DNA from: a virus
Virus record (IMG/VR): IMGVR_UViG_3300025655_000032
Span: 3,244-67,243 of that record
DNA: 64,000 nucleotides
Strand: one strand, 5' to 3'
Part shown: piece by piece, positions 8,101-18,700 of the stretch
Numbering within the stretch: the stretch's first letter is position 1
How the letters are laid out: every line of letters begins with the position of its first letter
The notes under the pieces: generated by a model
Seen by the model: the letters and a program-made list of their open reading frames with translations, nothing else
Database searches by the model: none
Told to the model about the DNA's origin: nothing
Translations under genes and position numbers: made by a program

Positions 8101-10514
8101 TGCGCTCCACTGGGCCGGTAGCTAAGCGCCTGTTGGGTGACCAACAGGCGGCGGCTCAGTACATCCCCTTAGCGCGTAAGCTGCTTGGCAGGATGAAGCA
8201 GCGCATGCAGCTGGGCGATATCGCTCAGCTGTATGATTCTATGCCTCTCCCCGACGGCGGTACTATCCGGGCTGCTATTCTCCACGGTAAGGAGTACGTT
8301 TGGATACAGCCTACGAGTAACGACGTGGGCGAAGTTGATGTTTTTGCTGATTTTTTTACGATCCCCGATCCGCTGGACGCACCTAGCTGGCAGTATCCTT
8401 ATCTAAACGGCTTAGCCCGTGGATTACATTTGTATAATACGGCGTGGTCGTCTTTACACCGTACGCCTATTTTTGACGCGGGTTATTCTCTCCATGATGG
8501 GTGCCAGGTTATTTGGCGGAGCAATAATGGGAAGTGGCACCTTTCTTGGCGTCATTCACTTGTTGCGCCAGCGCTTCCCATCTACAAGTTTCATGATCGT
8601 GAGTATGGCGACGAAGTATCTGCCAACAGCTATTATTCTAACGGGTTAGAACCTTTCGCGTCCTTGTCTGGGAGTGCTTACTTTGATTTGGGGAATGAGC
8701 GGCGGTATTACTACGAAGTGCCTGAAGCTGATCCTCCGTTTAGTACAGGCTCGACTATACAATCTTATGTGGTAGGTGTGCAATCTTCGTGGGCGGGTGC
8801 GTTTGAAGATCGGTTTACTTTTTCTAAGGTAACTAACATATTTATAAATGGGGTATTGATCGACTTAACGCCTTACATGCCCTCATACGATCCTGGGATC
8901 GTTGCTACCGCCGCAGCTCCTTCTGAGGACCTTTGGGAGACGTGTTCGTTCCTTTCGTTCAACAAAATACAAGGAGCGTCTATACGCGAAGATGTTAATG
9001 GCCGTGCCTATTTGCAGCTTATTATATCCGGTGGTTTGTTTGGGGCGTACGGATCAGGTGACGCTGAGGCTTTTTGGTGCGCGCCGCTAGACGATTTAAG
9101 CGCTTACACCTGGGATTTTATAGATCGTCGCTATGGTTGGGGGCCGGATTATTACATTTTCGATCATGACGCGTCATCCAGATATTGTGAGGCCGCTGGT
9201 ACGTGGGTGAAACCCCTCGCGGGGGTGTTCTACGAGACGTCGTATGATTACGGGCGTATAAACAACCCAGCGCGGGCGCAAAACGCTACGTGGTTTACTT
9301 TTAACGCTTCGGGTACAGAAGCTTGTGCGCTGCGGTCTGTGTATGACCCGACAACGGAGTACTATGACCATCGCGCTTTCACGAAGCGGTATACGCTTAC
9401 GCTTAGCCCAGACCCTGCCACCGGCGCATTTTCAGTAAGCACTAAGAAAACACCTGAGATTTCATACAGCCGATCGATCTTTGGAGATCCTCGTAATTGC
9501 ACGTATTACCCTCCGCTTGGAACACAGTATAATTACAGCGGTACTACAGAAGCTTTTGTTGCGTATAGAGGAGATTCACTAATTGTTGGGCAGTTGTTAG
9601 TGTCTATTTCTCAGACTACTTCACAGCAGCGGGACGACTACCCTCATGTTGATGAGGGGGTTTTAGATCATGCATATAATACCAGCATTAAGCTGTCCTA
9701 CGATGGACAGATTCGTTCGCTAATTGAACTTCAGCATACGTACCATTACGACGCGGAATTTTTTAGTGGCGCGACAAATTATTGGACGGTGAATATAGAC
9801 CTTAATACGGCGTATGAATCTACCGCGCCCCGCGTGCTGGATTTAGACGCGGGTATTGAAGTTTGGGAAACCCGTGAGCGTACTACGACGAGTTCTTTGT
9901 CTTCTACGTATCAACCAGCAGATACTATTCTGACCCAAATTTTCTACGGGTCACATAACTATCAGACAGATGTCGTCCACCCGGGGGGGAAAGATACGCC
10001 TCCACCCTTCCAGGGTTCCGTCGGTACGTATGAGCAAACAGGGGTTGTATCAACCTTCGCGCCTACTTTTCTCGGGCCTCCAGAAGCCATTGTATGCGCT
10101 AGCCCCGATGAATCAGGCAGTATGAGCTTAGGTCCTGCTGACTTACTAAATAAGTCTGGGCTGGAGTACCCGCACAGAATAATAGGTGCGGCTTATGCGG
10201 TAGGCCATCGTACGGGTGATATACCGCCTTATATTATATCTGCCCCCTATCAAGCTGCTGACTATTCAGGAGATCCTATAAGTGGAGATCCTCACGGGCC
10301 CAAGACGTTCCGCGTATATAACTATATGTATCCCGCGGGCAATTTGCGTAATTTAGTACCGTCTTATCGTTATATCGTAGAAGAGTTTCCTACAATAAAA
10401 TGTCTCGTTGAATCTGATTCACCTCCGTGCGTCGAAAGTTATCAGGACGATATGCTTGATGAATCTATTTACTATTACCCAATCAACACCTTGGGAAAGA
10501 AACCCAACCTCTAA
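8100..10514 (+). CDS. Large tail-associated protein, possible receptor-binding protein
   Basis: 804 aa, Tyr/Ser/Thr-rich; body visibly more AT-rich than its neighbours. Confidence 0.5.
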   Translation: MRSTGPVAKRLLGDQQAAAQYIPLARKLLGRMKQRMQLGDIAQLYDSMPLPDGGTIRAAILHGKEYVWIQPTSNDVGEVDVFADFFTIPDPLDAPSWQYPYLNGLARGLHLYNTAWSSLHRTPIFDAGYSLHDGCQVIWRSNNGKWHLSWRHSLVAPALPIYKFHDREYGDEVSANSYYSNGLEPFASLSGSAYFDLGNERRYYYEVPEADPPFSTGSTIQSYVVGVQSSWAGAFEDRFTFSKVTNIFINGVLIDLTPYMPSYDPGIVATAAAPSEDLWETCSFLSFNKIQGASIREDVNGRAYLQLIISGGLFGAYGSGDAEAFWCAPLDDLSAYTWDFIDRRYGWGPDYYIFDHDASSRYCEAAGTWVKPLAGVFYETSYDYGRINNPARAQNATWFTFNASGTEACALRSVYDPTTEYYDHRAFTKRYTLTLSPDPATGAFSVSTKKTPEISYSRSIFGDPRNCTYYPPLGTQYNYSGTTEAFVAYRGDSLIVGQLLVSISQTTSQQRDDYPHVDEGVLDHAYNTSIKLSYDGQIRSLIELQHTYHYDAEFFSGATNYWTVNIDLNTAYESTAPRVLDLDAGIEVWETRERTTTSSLSSTYQPADTILTQIFYGSHNYQTDVVHPGGKDTPPPFQGSVGTYEQTGVVSTFAPTFLGPPEAIVCASPDESGSMSLGPADLLNKSGLEYPHRIIGAAYAVGHRTGDIPPYIISAPYQAADYSGDPISGDPHGPKTFRVYNYMYPAGNLRNLVPSYRYIVEEFPTIKCLVESDSPPCVESYQDDMLDESIYYYPINTLGKKPNL

Positions 10515-10588
10515 CCCTTACGCCTCTTCTCGCCAACGCCTTGAGGTATAATAGCGTAGTGCAGCAAATTTGACTTTAGGAGCCTTCC

Positions 10589-11338
10589 ATGGGTTTTCAA
10601 CTGGTATATGCCGACCGCGTGAAAGACGCGCTTTATGGTAGTGCCCCCGACGATGCAACGGCCTACGGCATCGAAAATACGTCAACCCCTACCGTTTCTG
10701 GTTATAAGACCTTTATCGGTGAGGGTAATCTCGAAGCCAGTTCTGACAACACTCCGTGTTTTTATTACCTGGCGGAAGATGACACTTCAACTTGGGAAGT
10801 CGGAATTGGCTATATAAGTGGCTTTGCGAGTTCGCGTCAGATTAACCGGCAGCTGATTTTGCGCAGCACTAACTCCGACGCCGCTGTAGATTGGACAGGG
10901 CTGACCGGGATTACTATTTCGCTGATTGCGGCAGCCGACGCGCATTCACATCTTAACGGTATTGCGCTTTATGCGGCTACAACTGACGCTACTCCTACGG
11001 ACATGGAGGCGCTAGAGGATGGTTCCGGCATCGTTCTGTCGCGCTATGGTCTGTACAGCACGGATGCGCTCGCCCACCTTATTACGGTCATGTGTCGCCA
11101 GACTGCAGGGACCGCTGGTTCAGTTGGTGATTCGTATGCCGGCCATTTTCTTGTTGTAACTGAACCGACTTCTGGGCTTGTCGGGTCCTCTACATTAGGC
11201 AGCGTCACTTCCGCAGGCATGTCGGTGTCCGTCGGATTTACCAGTTCCGCTAGTACAGAATTCGACATAACTGTTACAGGAGAGGCCAACCGTACTTTAG
11301 GGTGGAAGGCGGTAGTTCAGCAGATAGTCTTTCCTTGA
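10589..11338 (+). CDS. Tail fibre-associated protein
   Basis: ADRVK…WEVGIG…R…STNSDAAVDW N-terminal pattern found in phage fibre proteins; AGGAG RBS. Confidence 0.55.
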   Translation: MGFQLVYADRVKDALYGSAPDDATAYGIENTSTPTVSGYKTFIGEGNLEASSDNTPCFYYLAEDDTSTWEVGIGYISGFASSRQINRQLILRSTNSDAAVDWTGLTGITISLIAAADAHSHLNGIALYAATTDATPTDMEALEDGSGIVLSRYGLYSTDALAHLITVMCRQTAGTAGSVGDSYAGHFLVVTEPTSGLVGSSTLGSVTSAGMSVSVGFTSSASTEFDITVTGEANRTLGWKAVVQQIVFP

Positions 11339-11353
11339 ATTTGACATCTTACT

Positions 11354-12643
11354 ATGAGTATTAGCTCGAGCAGTATCAGTTCTGCCCCAATTAGTGGTTC
11401 GTCAGAAGCGGCGGACCCTAACGACGTGCTTGTTAACGACGCCTTCAACCTGGTTGAAGTTTGGGTTTCGCTACGCACCGGCGCTATTACTGAGACACCA
11501 CCTGCTTGTACAGATATTGTAGATGTGGGTGCCGGCAGTGTGCCTGGGTATCCCGGTATTATCCTCGAAGGTATTTCTACAGCGGACACCCCGATTGCGC
11601 ACCCGGCGCCAATCGCGCGTGACACGATCAATCTAACCGAAACACTTGCTTCCCAAGTTGCGTACATATTGTTGGATAGCTTCTTCGCATCCGAAATATT
11701 AGCGAAGAACGTCCACTTTTCTGTTACGACTAGCGACTCCGTCGCTCTGTTTGAAGCGCTCCTTCGGGGGGTCTACGGTGCAGCGTCCGACGTGCTACGT
11801 GCGGGGGACTTGGACGAGGCCTACGCACACTGGTACGTCGCTTCTTCAGAGGTGTTCAACTTCACTGAGGCATATGCTGCTTCAGCAGCGTACACGCGCA
11901 CACTGAGCGATGGTGCGTTGTGGGGAGATGTCGCCCGCCGGGCGTTCGAGGACACGCTCAACGACGTACTCAGCACGTCGGACGTTGTTGAAATACTCGC
12001 CGGTGTTGTGCTGTCTGATGTCGCGCGCTTCTCTGAGGCCGCCGAGACGCTCATGCAGTACACCGCCGTGCTGGCGGATATTGTGGAGCTGGGCGATTCC
12101 GCCGCTGCGCTACAAAGTCTCAGTATTGCTATTAACGAAGGGTTCAACTTCGTTGGCGGTCTACGTTTTGGCGACGATGACTATGTAGCGTATGTTACGA
12201 ATACACATACGCTGGGCATGACGACGTACTCTAATTTCAACTTCAACTCGTTCGCCCCTCCTTATGCCGCTAAGACTGATGGCATCTACGAACTAACGGG
12301 TGACGACGATGATGGCACGAACATTACGGCCTACATCACCACAGGGCTGGATGACTACGGTCAGGCACTCCTCAAGCGCATACCCGAGGTGTATATCGGC
12401 GGTACGCTGGATGGCAAAGTGTTGCTGAAAGTCATTACGTCACAGGACGGTACACGCACTTCTGACTGGTACTCCCTCACGGAAGACTACTCGACTGAGG
12501 ACACCGCCCGCTTTCAAGTGGGTAGAGGGCTGCGCTCCAGGTACTGGCAGTGGCGCCTTGAAAACGTACAAGGAAGCGACTTTGATTTAGACTCTCTCGA
12601 ACTACGCCCGCTGGTGCTATCGAGACGATTGCGCAAAAGGTAA
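11354..12643 (+). CDS. Virion structural protein
   Basis: Acidic periodic middle; C-terminal YSNFNFNSF…GIYEL…GRGLRSRYWQ domain. Confidence 0.6.
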   Translation: MSISSSSISSAPISGSSEAADPNDVLVNDAFNLVEVWVSLRTGAITETPPACTDIVDVGAGSVPGYPGIILEGISTADTPIAHPAPIARDTINLTETLASQVAYILLDSFFASEILAKNVHFSVTTSDSVALFEALLRGVYGAASDVLRAGDLDEAYAHWYVASSEVFNFTEAYAASAAYTRTLSDGALWGDVARRAFEDTLNDVLSTSDVVEILAGVVLSDVARFSEAAETLMQYTAVLADIVELGDSAAALQSLSIAINEGFNFVGGLRFGDDDYVAYVTNTHTLGMTTYSNFNFNSFAPPYAAKTDGIYELTGDDDDGTNITAYITTGLDDYGQALLKRIPEVYIGGTLDGKVLLKVITSQDGTRTSDWYSLTEDYSTEDTARFQVGRGLRSRYWQWRLENVQGSDFDLDSLELRPLVLSRRLRKR

Positions 12644-12658
12644 TAGAGGTATAGACAC

Positions 12659-14524
12659 ATGAGCGAATGTCCCACAATCGTCGGAGAGAGCAAAGCGACG
12701 CAGATCGTCGATTCTGGGTGGCGTAAATGGGGGGACTTTGCAACCAGCATGGCGCAAGAGGCCACCTCGTATCTAACTTCTCTTGCGGAATTGGAGATTA
12801 CCGCGGTCCAGACAGAGCTTGAGACCAATTACCCTACGAGTAATGCGCGCCCCTTCGCCCCTCCTACGGCACCGACCACATCGTCTATAACGTTGGACAC
12901 AAGCGGCAAACCGTCCGCTCCCACATATACTCAGGTGGATCTGACAGGTTACCTTCCGGTGCCGACGTTCAACGAGTCGATGCCTTCGATTAGTTACCAA
13001 GGAGCGCCGATAAAACCCGGTCAGTCGTTAAGCGACGCACCTACGGTCTCTACACCTATCTTCCCAGATGCTCCGGACGACACACTCCCTTCTGTGCCGA
13101 CGCTGCGTGATCTCGATCTACCGGATGTGCCGACGTTGGACATCCCTGTGTTTGACGCAACGGCTCCTTCTTCGAGCGGTATAAAGGCTCCTAACACGAC
13201 GTTCACGTTTACGAACGAGAACTTCAGTCACGCGCTGCTCGATCAACTGGTAGCGGATGTGTCGTCCAATCTACTGGGAGGCACAGGTCTCCCCGATGAG
13301 ATTTGGACGCAGATTTGGGACAGCGCACGCGAGAAAATTCGCCAACGTGCAAGGGCGGAGATCGAAGCGGCTTCGCGTGAGTGGGGTGCTCGCGGGTTTA
13401 GCATCCCAGGCAGTACGCTGTTGGCGAAAGAGCGTGCGGCCCGTAATCAAGCGGCTTTGGAAGAGAATCGCCTGTCTAGCGACATCGCCGTGCAGGCTGC
13501 GAAGATGGAGGTCGACAACTTGCGCTTTTACACGCAGCAGGGTACGGCCATCGTTTCGTTCCTAGGCCAGCTGCATAACGAGTCAATGCAGCGGCAGTTC
13601 GCAGCAGCGCAATACACCTTCCAGGCCACTATCGATATTTTCAACGCTAAAGTCGGGTTGTATCAGGCCCAGCTGCAGGGTTATCAGACTGAAGCGCAAG
13701 TTTTTAAGACCCGTATGGAGGCGGCCCTCGTTTACCTGGAGGCGTACAAAGCAGAGCTCGAGGGGCAGAAGCTTATCGGCGAACTGAATATGCAGGACGT
13801 CGAGGTGTATAAAGCGCAGCTACAAGGTGTACTCGCTGCCACAGACATTTACAAGACGCAGCTCGAAGCTGTACGCACCTTGGTTGAGGTGGATAAGACG
13901 CGGCTTCAAGCTTATGGCGTTGAGGTGCAGGCCTTCGGCGAGCGCATTCGCGCCTACGCAAGTGAAGTGGATGCGTACACCGCAGGTATACAGGCTGAGG
14001 GGCTGAAGATCGCAAACTACGAGACGGCAGCCAAAGCGTTCTCTGCGGAAGTGGCAGCTTACAAATCGTCGACGGACGCCGTGTCCGCGCAGAAGCAGCT
14101 TGTTATTGAGTACAACAAGAGCCTGGGGGACCGGTACTCCGTCGCTATTGAGGGGTGGAAGGCAAATCTCGGGGCGGAGGCCGCACGAGTTAAAGCCTTA
14201 ACCGACGTATACCAAACGAAGGCCGACATCTATAAATCTGAAGCTGATGTAGAGGATTCCCGCGTTCGTTCTGAACTGGGGTATTACGATTCTGAGGTGC
14301 GCAAGGCAACTTCTGAGGCGGAGCTGCGCCTTAAAGAGGCCGAGTTGAATATAAACCAGGTACAGCGCATCAGCACCCTGGAAGTAGAACGGGGTAAAAC
14401 GCTGGGTACGGCTTATGGTCAACTGAGCGCGGCGGCCCTCGCGGCCGTGAACTTGTCCGCGACGGTCGGCACGCAGGTCAGCGAGTCCTACGGCTGCAGC
14501 TCGAGCCATAATTACCAATATTAG
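12659..14524 (+). CDS. Virion structural protein (Pro-rich N-terminus, long coiled coil)
   Basis: 621 aa; repeated YKA(Q/E)L-like helical segments. Confidence 0.6.
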   Translation: MSECPTIVGESKATQIVDSGWRKWGDFATSMAQEATSYLTSLAELEITAVQTELETNYPTSNARPFAPPTAPTTSSITLDTSGKPSAPTYTQVDLTGYLPVPTFNESMPSISYQGAPIKPGQSLSDAPTVSTPIFPDAPDDTLPSVPTLRDLDLPDVPTLDIPVFDATAPSSSGIKAPNTTFTFTNENFSHALLDQLVADVSSNLLGGTGLPDEIWTQIWDSAREKIRQRARAEIEAASREWGARGFSIPGSTLLAKERAARNQAALEENRLSSDIAVQAAKMEVDNLRFYTQQGTAIVSFLGQLHNESMQRQFAAAQYTFQATIDIFNAKVGLYQAQLQGYQTEAQVFKTRMEAALVYLEAYKAELEGQKLIGELNMQDVEVYKAQLQGVLAATDIYKTQLEAVRTLVEVDKTRLQAYGVEVQAFGERIRAYASEVDAYTAGIQAEGLKIANYETAAKAFSAEVAAYKSSTDAVSAQKQLVIEYNKSLGDRYSVAIEGWKANLGAEAARVKALTDVYQTKADIYKSEADVEDSRVRSELGYYDSEVRKATSEAELRLKEAELNINQVQRISTLEVERGKTLGTAYGQLSAAALAAVNLSATVGTQVSESYGCSSSHNYQY

Positions 14525-14526
14525 CG

Positions 14527-14535
14527 TGGTATAAT
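14527..14535 (+). promoter_or_regulatory. Extended -10 promoter (TGGTATAAT)
   Basis: TGnTATAAT in the short gap before 14561. Confidence 0.5.
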
Positions 14536-14560
14536 TGTAGCGCGCTACGGAGAGATACAG

Positions 14561-15769
14561 ATGGGACAGAACGGAGTCTATGTCACTACAGAGAAGGACC
14601 CTAATGGAAGGCCTATCCCCTCCTATAGTAATCGTTCCTCTCCGTATTCGGCTAACTTGACAAGTCGTTATAGCAGCACGTCAACGCAACAGCCACAAAC
14701 GCAGCAGAGACCGACGGCACTACGCAGCTTAACGTTTAACAACGCTCGGGCAGGTAGTACCGCACCGGCGCCGCGCGAAGCGCAATACGCTGCGCGCGAA
14801 CGTCAGCTTTTGGAGGGTCTACCGCAGCGTACCAGTCAGTGGGAGCGTGAGCGGCAGATCCACAACGCCGGAGTAGGAGCCCCTCGTAACGACGGTAGCC
14901 ATTGGGACAGCAAACTGACTCGCGCGCAGCGACAAGCTGCTATGGACGCTACGGTTGGTGTTCAAAATAAGCTCCGCGACCAGTTCGCCGCTGAGGATGC
15001 CGCGTACACTAACGCGTACGGCAACCTTACCGGGCGACAAGACGCTGCGGTTATGAACGATCGCAATAACCAGAATGCTCGAAGCCTACAAGGTCTTCGC
15101 AACCAGGCCTTGTTAGAACAGCAGGGGCTGCAAAATCAGGGCTACTTCGACACCGCCGTCGAGAACAACCGCGGTTCCTATGAGCGGCAGGACTTGGCGG
15201 GTAGGGACAGGCATAACCTGGCCAAACTGGATGACGACTACCGTAATCGTTCATTGACTGCGGAGTACGGTACCGACGGTACCGGCGGGTATAGAGGGGC
15301 GGAGCTGGACATACGCCGGGAGGCAGCAACTCGTGAAAACCAGAGGGCCGACGCCGAACTGAGTGACGCGACCAAAAAAAGGTCTATGCAAGAGCTCATC
15401 TCCCTGTTTAATGGTAATGAAGGTGCGGCGTCACAAATTTACAGAGGTCTAACGCCTGAACAACGGCTATTGAGCGGCCCCGATCTTCTCGAAGCCGTTG
15501 CCCCCCTTGCTCCTACAGCGGTCGGCGGTTCTTATGAGTCCGGTCCTCGGCAGTGGATTCCTGGAGTCGATGACTACGCACAGCCTGGTAGCGTAGGGCC
15601 GAACGCGTCTATTGAACCGGCTCCTTGGTACTCTGCACTCGATATGTTCCACGATAGTAATGTGGGGGACCTCATCGCAAGAGGGCGCAATGGTGAGGCG
15701 GTCGGGCTTAGGCGTGAATCCTTCTCCCCCGAGCTTTACAACCGACTCAGATACCCCAATCGCCGATAA
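14561..15769 (+). CDS. Putative internal virion (ejection) protein
   Basis: Q/N/R/A-rich helical protein upstream of the giant internal protein. Confidence 0.5.
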   Translation: MGQNGVYVTTEKDPNGRPIPSYSNRSSPYSANLTSRYSSTSTQQPQTQQRPTALRSLTFNNARAGSTAPAPREAQYAARERQLLEGLPQRTSQWERERQIHNAGVGAPRNDGSHWDSKLTRAQRQAAMDATVGVQNKLRDQFAAEDAAYTNAYGNLTGRQDAAVMNDRNNQNARSLQGLRNQALLEQQGLQNQGYFDTAVENNRGSYERQDLAGRDRHNLAKLDDDYRNRSLTAEYGTDGTGGYRGAELDIRREAATRENQRADAELSDATKKRSMQELISLFNGNEGAASQIYRGLTPEQRLLSGPDLLEAVAPLAPTAVGGSYESGPRQWIPGVDDYAQPGSVGPNASIEPAPWYSALDMFHDSNVGDLIARGRNGEAVGLRRESFSPELYNRLRYPNRR

Positions 15770-15783
15770 CTGAGGGCTTATAG

Positions 15784-18700
15784 ATGGCACGTGCGCTCTC
15801 TGATGCAGCGAGAACCGCCCTCTACTGGCAGGAAGAAGACCAGCATAAAGATGAGTCGAGGCCGCTTCGCTCCTTTAGGGCGGGTATTGAAGGCCTAAAG
15901 GGTAGCTTCAACAACGCAGCGGGTGCCGTCAGTCGACTGGTAGGGGCTAACGACACCGCGCAGTCGTTTGAGAACGACGCTCGTATAAACGCTGCCCGCG
16001 CTGCGGGTATACGTGGGCGAGTGCCGACTTGGCAGGAGGCTGATAGTCTAGGCGACTACGCCAGCTACGCCACTGACATGGTAGCGAGCAACCTACCGCT
16101 CGCTGCCAGCATGCTGGGGCCGGGTCTAGTTGCGGGTGGTATACGTGGCACGCTAGCTGGCGCCAACGCCCTTCGTGCGGGGCTCTCAGGCGCAGCTGTT
16201 CAGCAGGCGCGTGAGAAAGCTGCGGTCGGCGCTGCCAACAAGGTGGGGTTTGGTGTCTACGGTGGCACCTCCGCCGGTGAGAACTACGGGCGCGTGCTCA
16301 ACGACCCGGACGCCGAAGGCACCCCGTGGCAGAAGGCGGCCACTTCACTGGCAGCAGGAGGTGCAAGCGCCTGGCTCGGCATGAAGCCGTTGCAGGGCGT
16401 GCAGGACGCGCTGACGAAGAACGCCGGCTTTGGGCGCACCGTTGGCGCTACCGCCGCGCTCGAGGGTATCACCGAGGCGGGTGAGTCCGTCATCTCACGC
16501 CTCAACAACCGCCTCTACAACAGCAACGTCAACCTGCTCGACGCCGACGCGCGTCGTGAGTACATCGACAGTATGCTGGGCGGCGCTATCGTCGGCGGTG
16601 CCTATGCCGGCGCTGGGTACGGTGCAAACAAGCTGCTGCAGCCCCGCGCACAACCCGAGCCTGAGGTCGACCTTAACCCTAATGGGGCTTACAACATCGA
16701 CGACATGTACGTCGAATCGCCTCAGGACGACGGCGAGCGCATCGCGCACATCGAGGAGATCCGTAAGCTGCTGCTATCTCCCGGCACTTGGCCGAACACC
16801 GCCACGCGAAACGCGTTGCGCGACGAGCTAAACCAAGTTGCCAAGCAGATGCGCACCGCGGAGGGCAGGGCGTATGTCGCCGAGCTGTACGGTGGCACCG
16901 GAGACTACGACCCCAACGTAGCCTTCGACACGATATCCCCACGGCATGACGTTGTGCGTCTGGGTCAAGAGGACAACTTGGACGAGGCCCTGGACCCACA
17001 GGAAGAACTCGACCAGGTCATGTACGACCCCTACGGGGGTGTGGGCGACGAGCAGGACACTCGTGGTGTAGAGTTTCTCGGTAAGGGCCCAGCGAATCGT
17101 CCCTACATCTTCGACCCTGCCAACAGCGACTACTCTCGCGGCGTTCCTGAGAAGACGATCGAAGCGTATGCACAGGTCGACCCCAGTAGCGACTACGACT
17201 CTGTGGACGCACGCGCTCTGGCGCAAGCGGAGGGTAAGACCTTCCTGGAGAAGACGCAGGAGATCGTCGGTGCTGACGTCTACCGTAACGTAGATGCCTG
17301 GCGTGGCCTACAACCGGCCGACGCGAGAGTCGGCGGTGCAGACGCGTTGCCCTTCGATGCCGCAAAAGGAGTTGATCCACAGGCACGCTCACGTGACCGG
17401 TACCGCAGTACCTTTGCGGATATCGCCGGCGACCTGTTTACAAGGCGCGCAGCCCTACAGGCTGAGCTTGAAGTTGCTCAACGTCAGTCTGACGGTACCA
17501 ATAGTGGCCCGGCGGTGCGTGGCCTCGAAGCGGACATCGCGAAGCTCGACGCGCGTATTGAGACGGCGGCTGGCGAGTTCCTTCAGCGTCTGCACTTCGT
17601 GCGTCGCACCCCGCGCTATGTAGACACAGTATCCGAAGAGCGCGCGTTCGACCTGACGATGTACGAGCTGACCGCAGGTAGCAACGAACGCGGCCGTATC
17701 TTACGCCGCGCCAAGCAGAACCCTGGCATCGTTAAGACGAAAGACGGCAAGCTAAAGATCACCCCGGGTAGTAACCGTTACGTCGAAGGTAGCTTAAACG
17801 GCGAGCGTATATGGATCGACTTGCGTAACCTCACCAGTGCGATGCTGAACAAGCTCACTGATGCTGGTGCGCTACCGCAGCAGACCGAGCGCATGCCGTC
17901 CAACGCTGACGGCAAGACCCGTGACTGGATCGCCCGCCAGCGGCTCATTCAGCGGCTGGCAGCCGCCCTCAACGCCGGGCTGGTGTCGATGCTCAACACA
18001 GGGGTGAAGTTCGACCTGCGCAATATCCCCTCCGACACGGTGTTCTGGTACGACAAGCAGCGTAATCCGATCACTCTGGCGGAGATCCGCGAGGCTTACC
18101 TTCCCGGTACGAAGAAGGGCGCTGAGTACCTGAACGCGAAGGCCGAACGCGACCGCACAATCGCGCTGATGGAAGCGGCCGGATACGACCCGAGGCGCAT
18201 CGCTGAAGTCTACTCGCAGCTGACACCGAACTTCGACCCGAACCCCGCACCGCTGCCGAACATGAACGTGTCCTCGCAGGAAGTGGACGAGGCCGGTACA
18301 AAAGAACTGGGTCGCCCCTACCAGACGTCGCTGATTGAGCAGCGCACGGGGCGTGTGGACGCAGGCAAGCTCAGTCCGCGTGAGCGCTCACAGCTTCGCG
18401 CGGAAGGTGCAAAGCAGCTTGAGCGTATACGCTCCGAGATGGCAGCGGCGGGCTACTCGCCGGCGCACATCAACTACGCGCACAACTTCCTGGCCGACCG
18501 CTACGACTTGAAGAGTGAGAAGCGCCGCGCGGTAGAAGGGCTCAGCGAGGGTGAGAAGAAGATCCTTGAGCGCAACCTGCTCGCGGACAAGGGCATCGAC
18601 TACCTGACGCAGCTGCAGCACACCTGGCAGCAGCGGAAAGTGCACAAGACCGCGCCACCCGCCGAGATGGCGCCGCGTGAAGTGCCTAACGAACAGCTCT

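Noticed and set aside
13710-13723. CCGT-ATGGAG-GCGG hairpin inside a structural gene
   Set aside because: Mid-CDS Met-Glu codons with no nearby start; plausible by chance.
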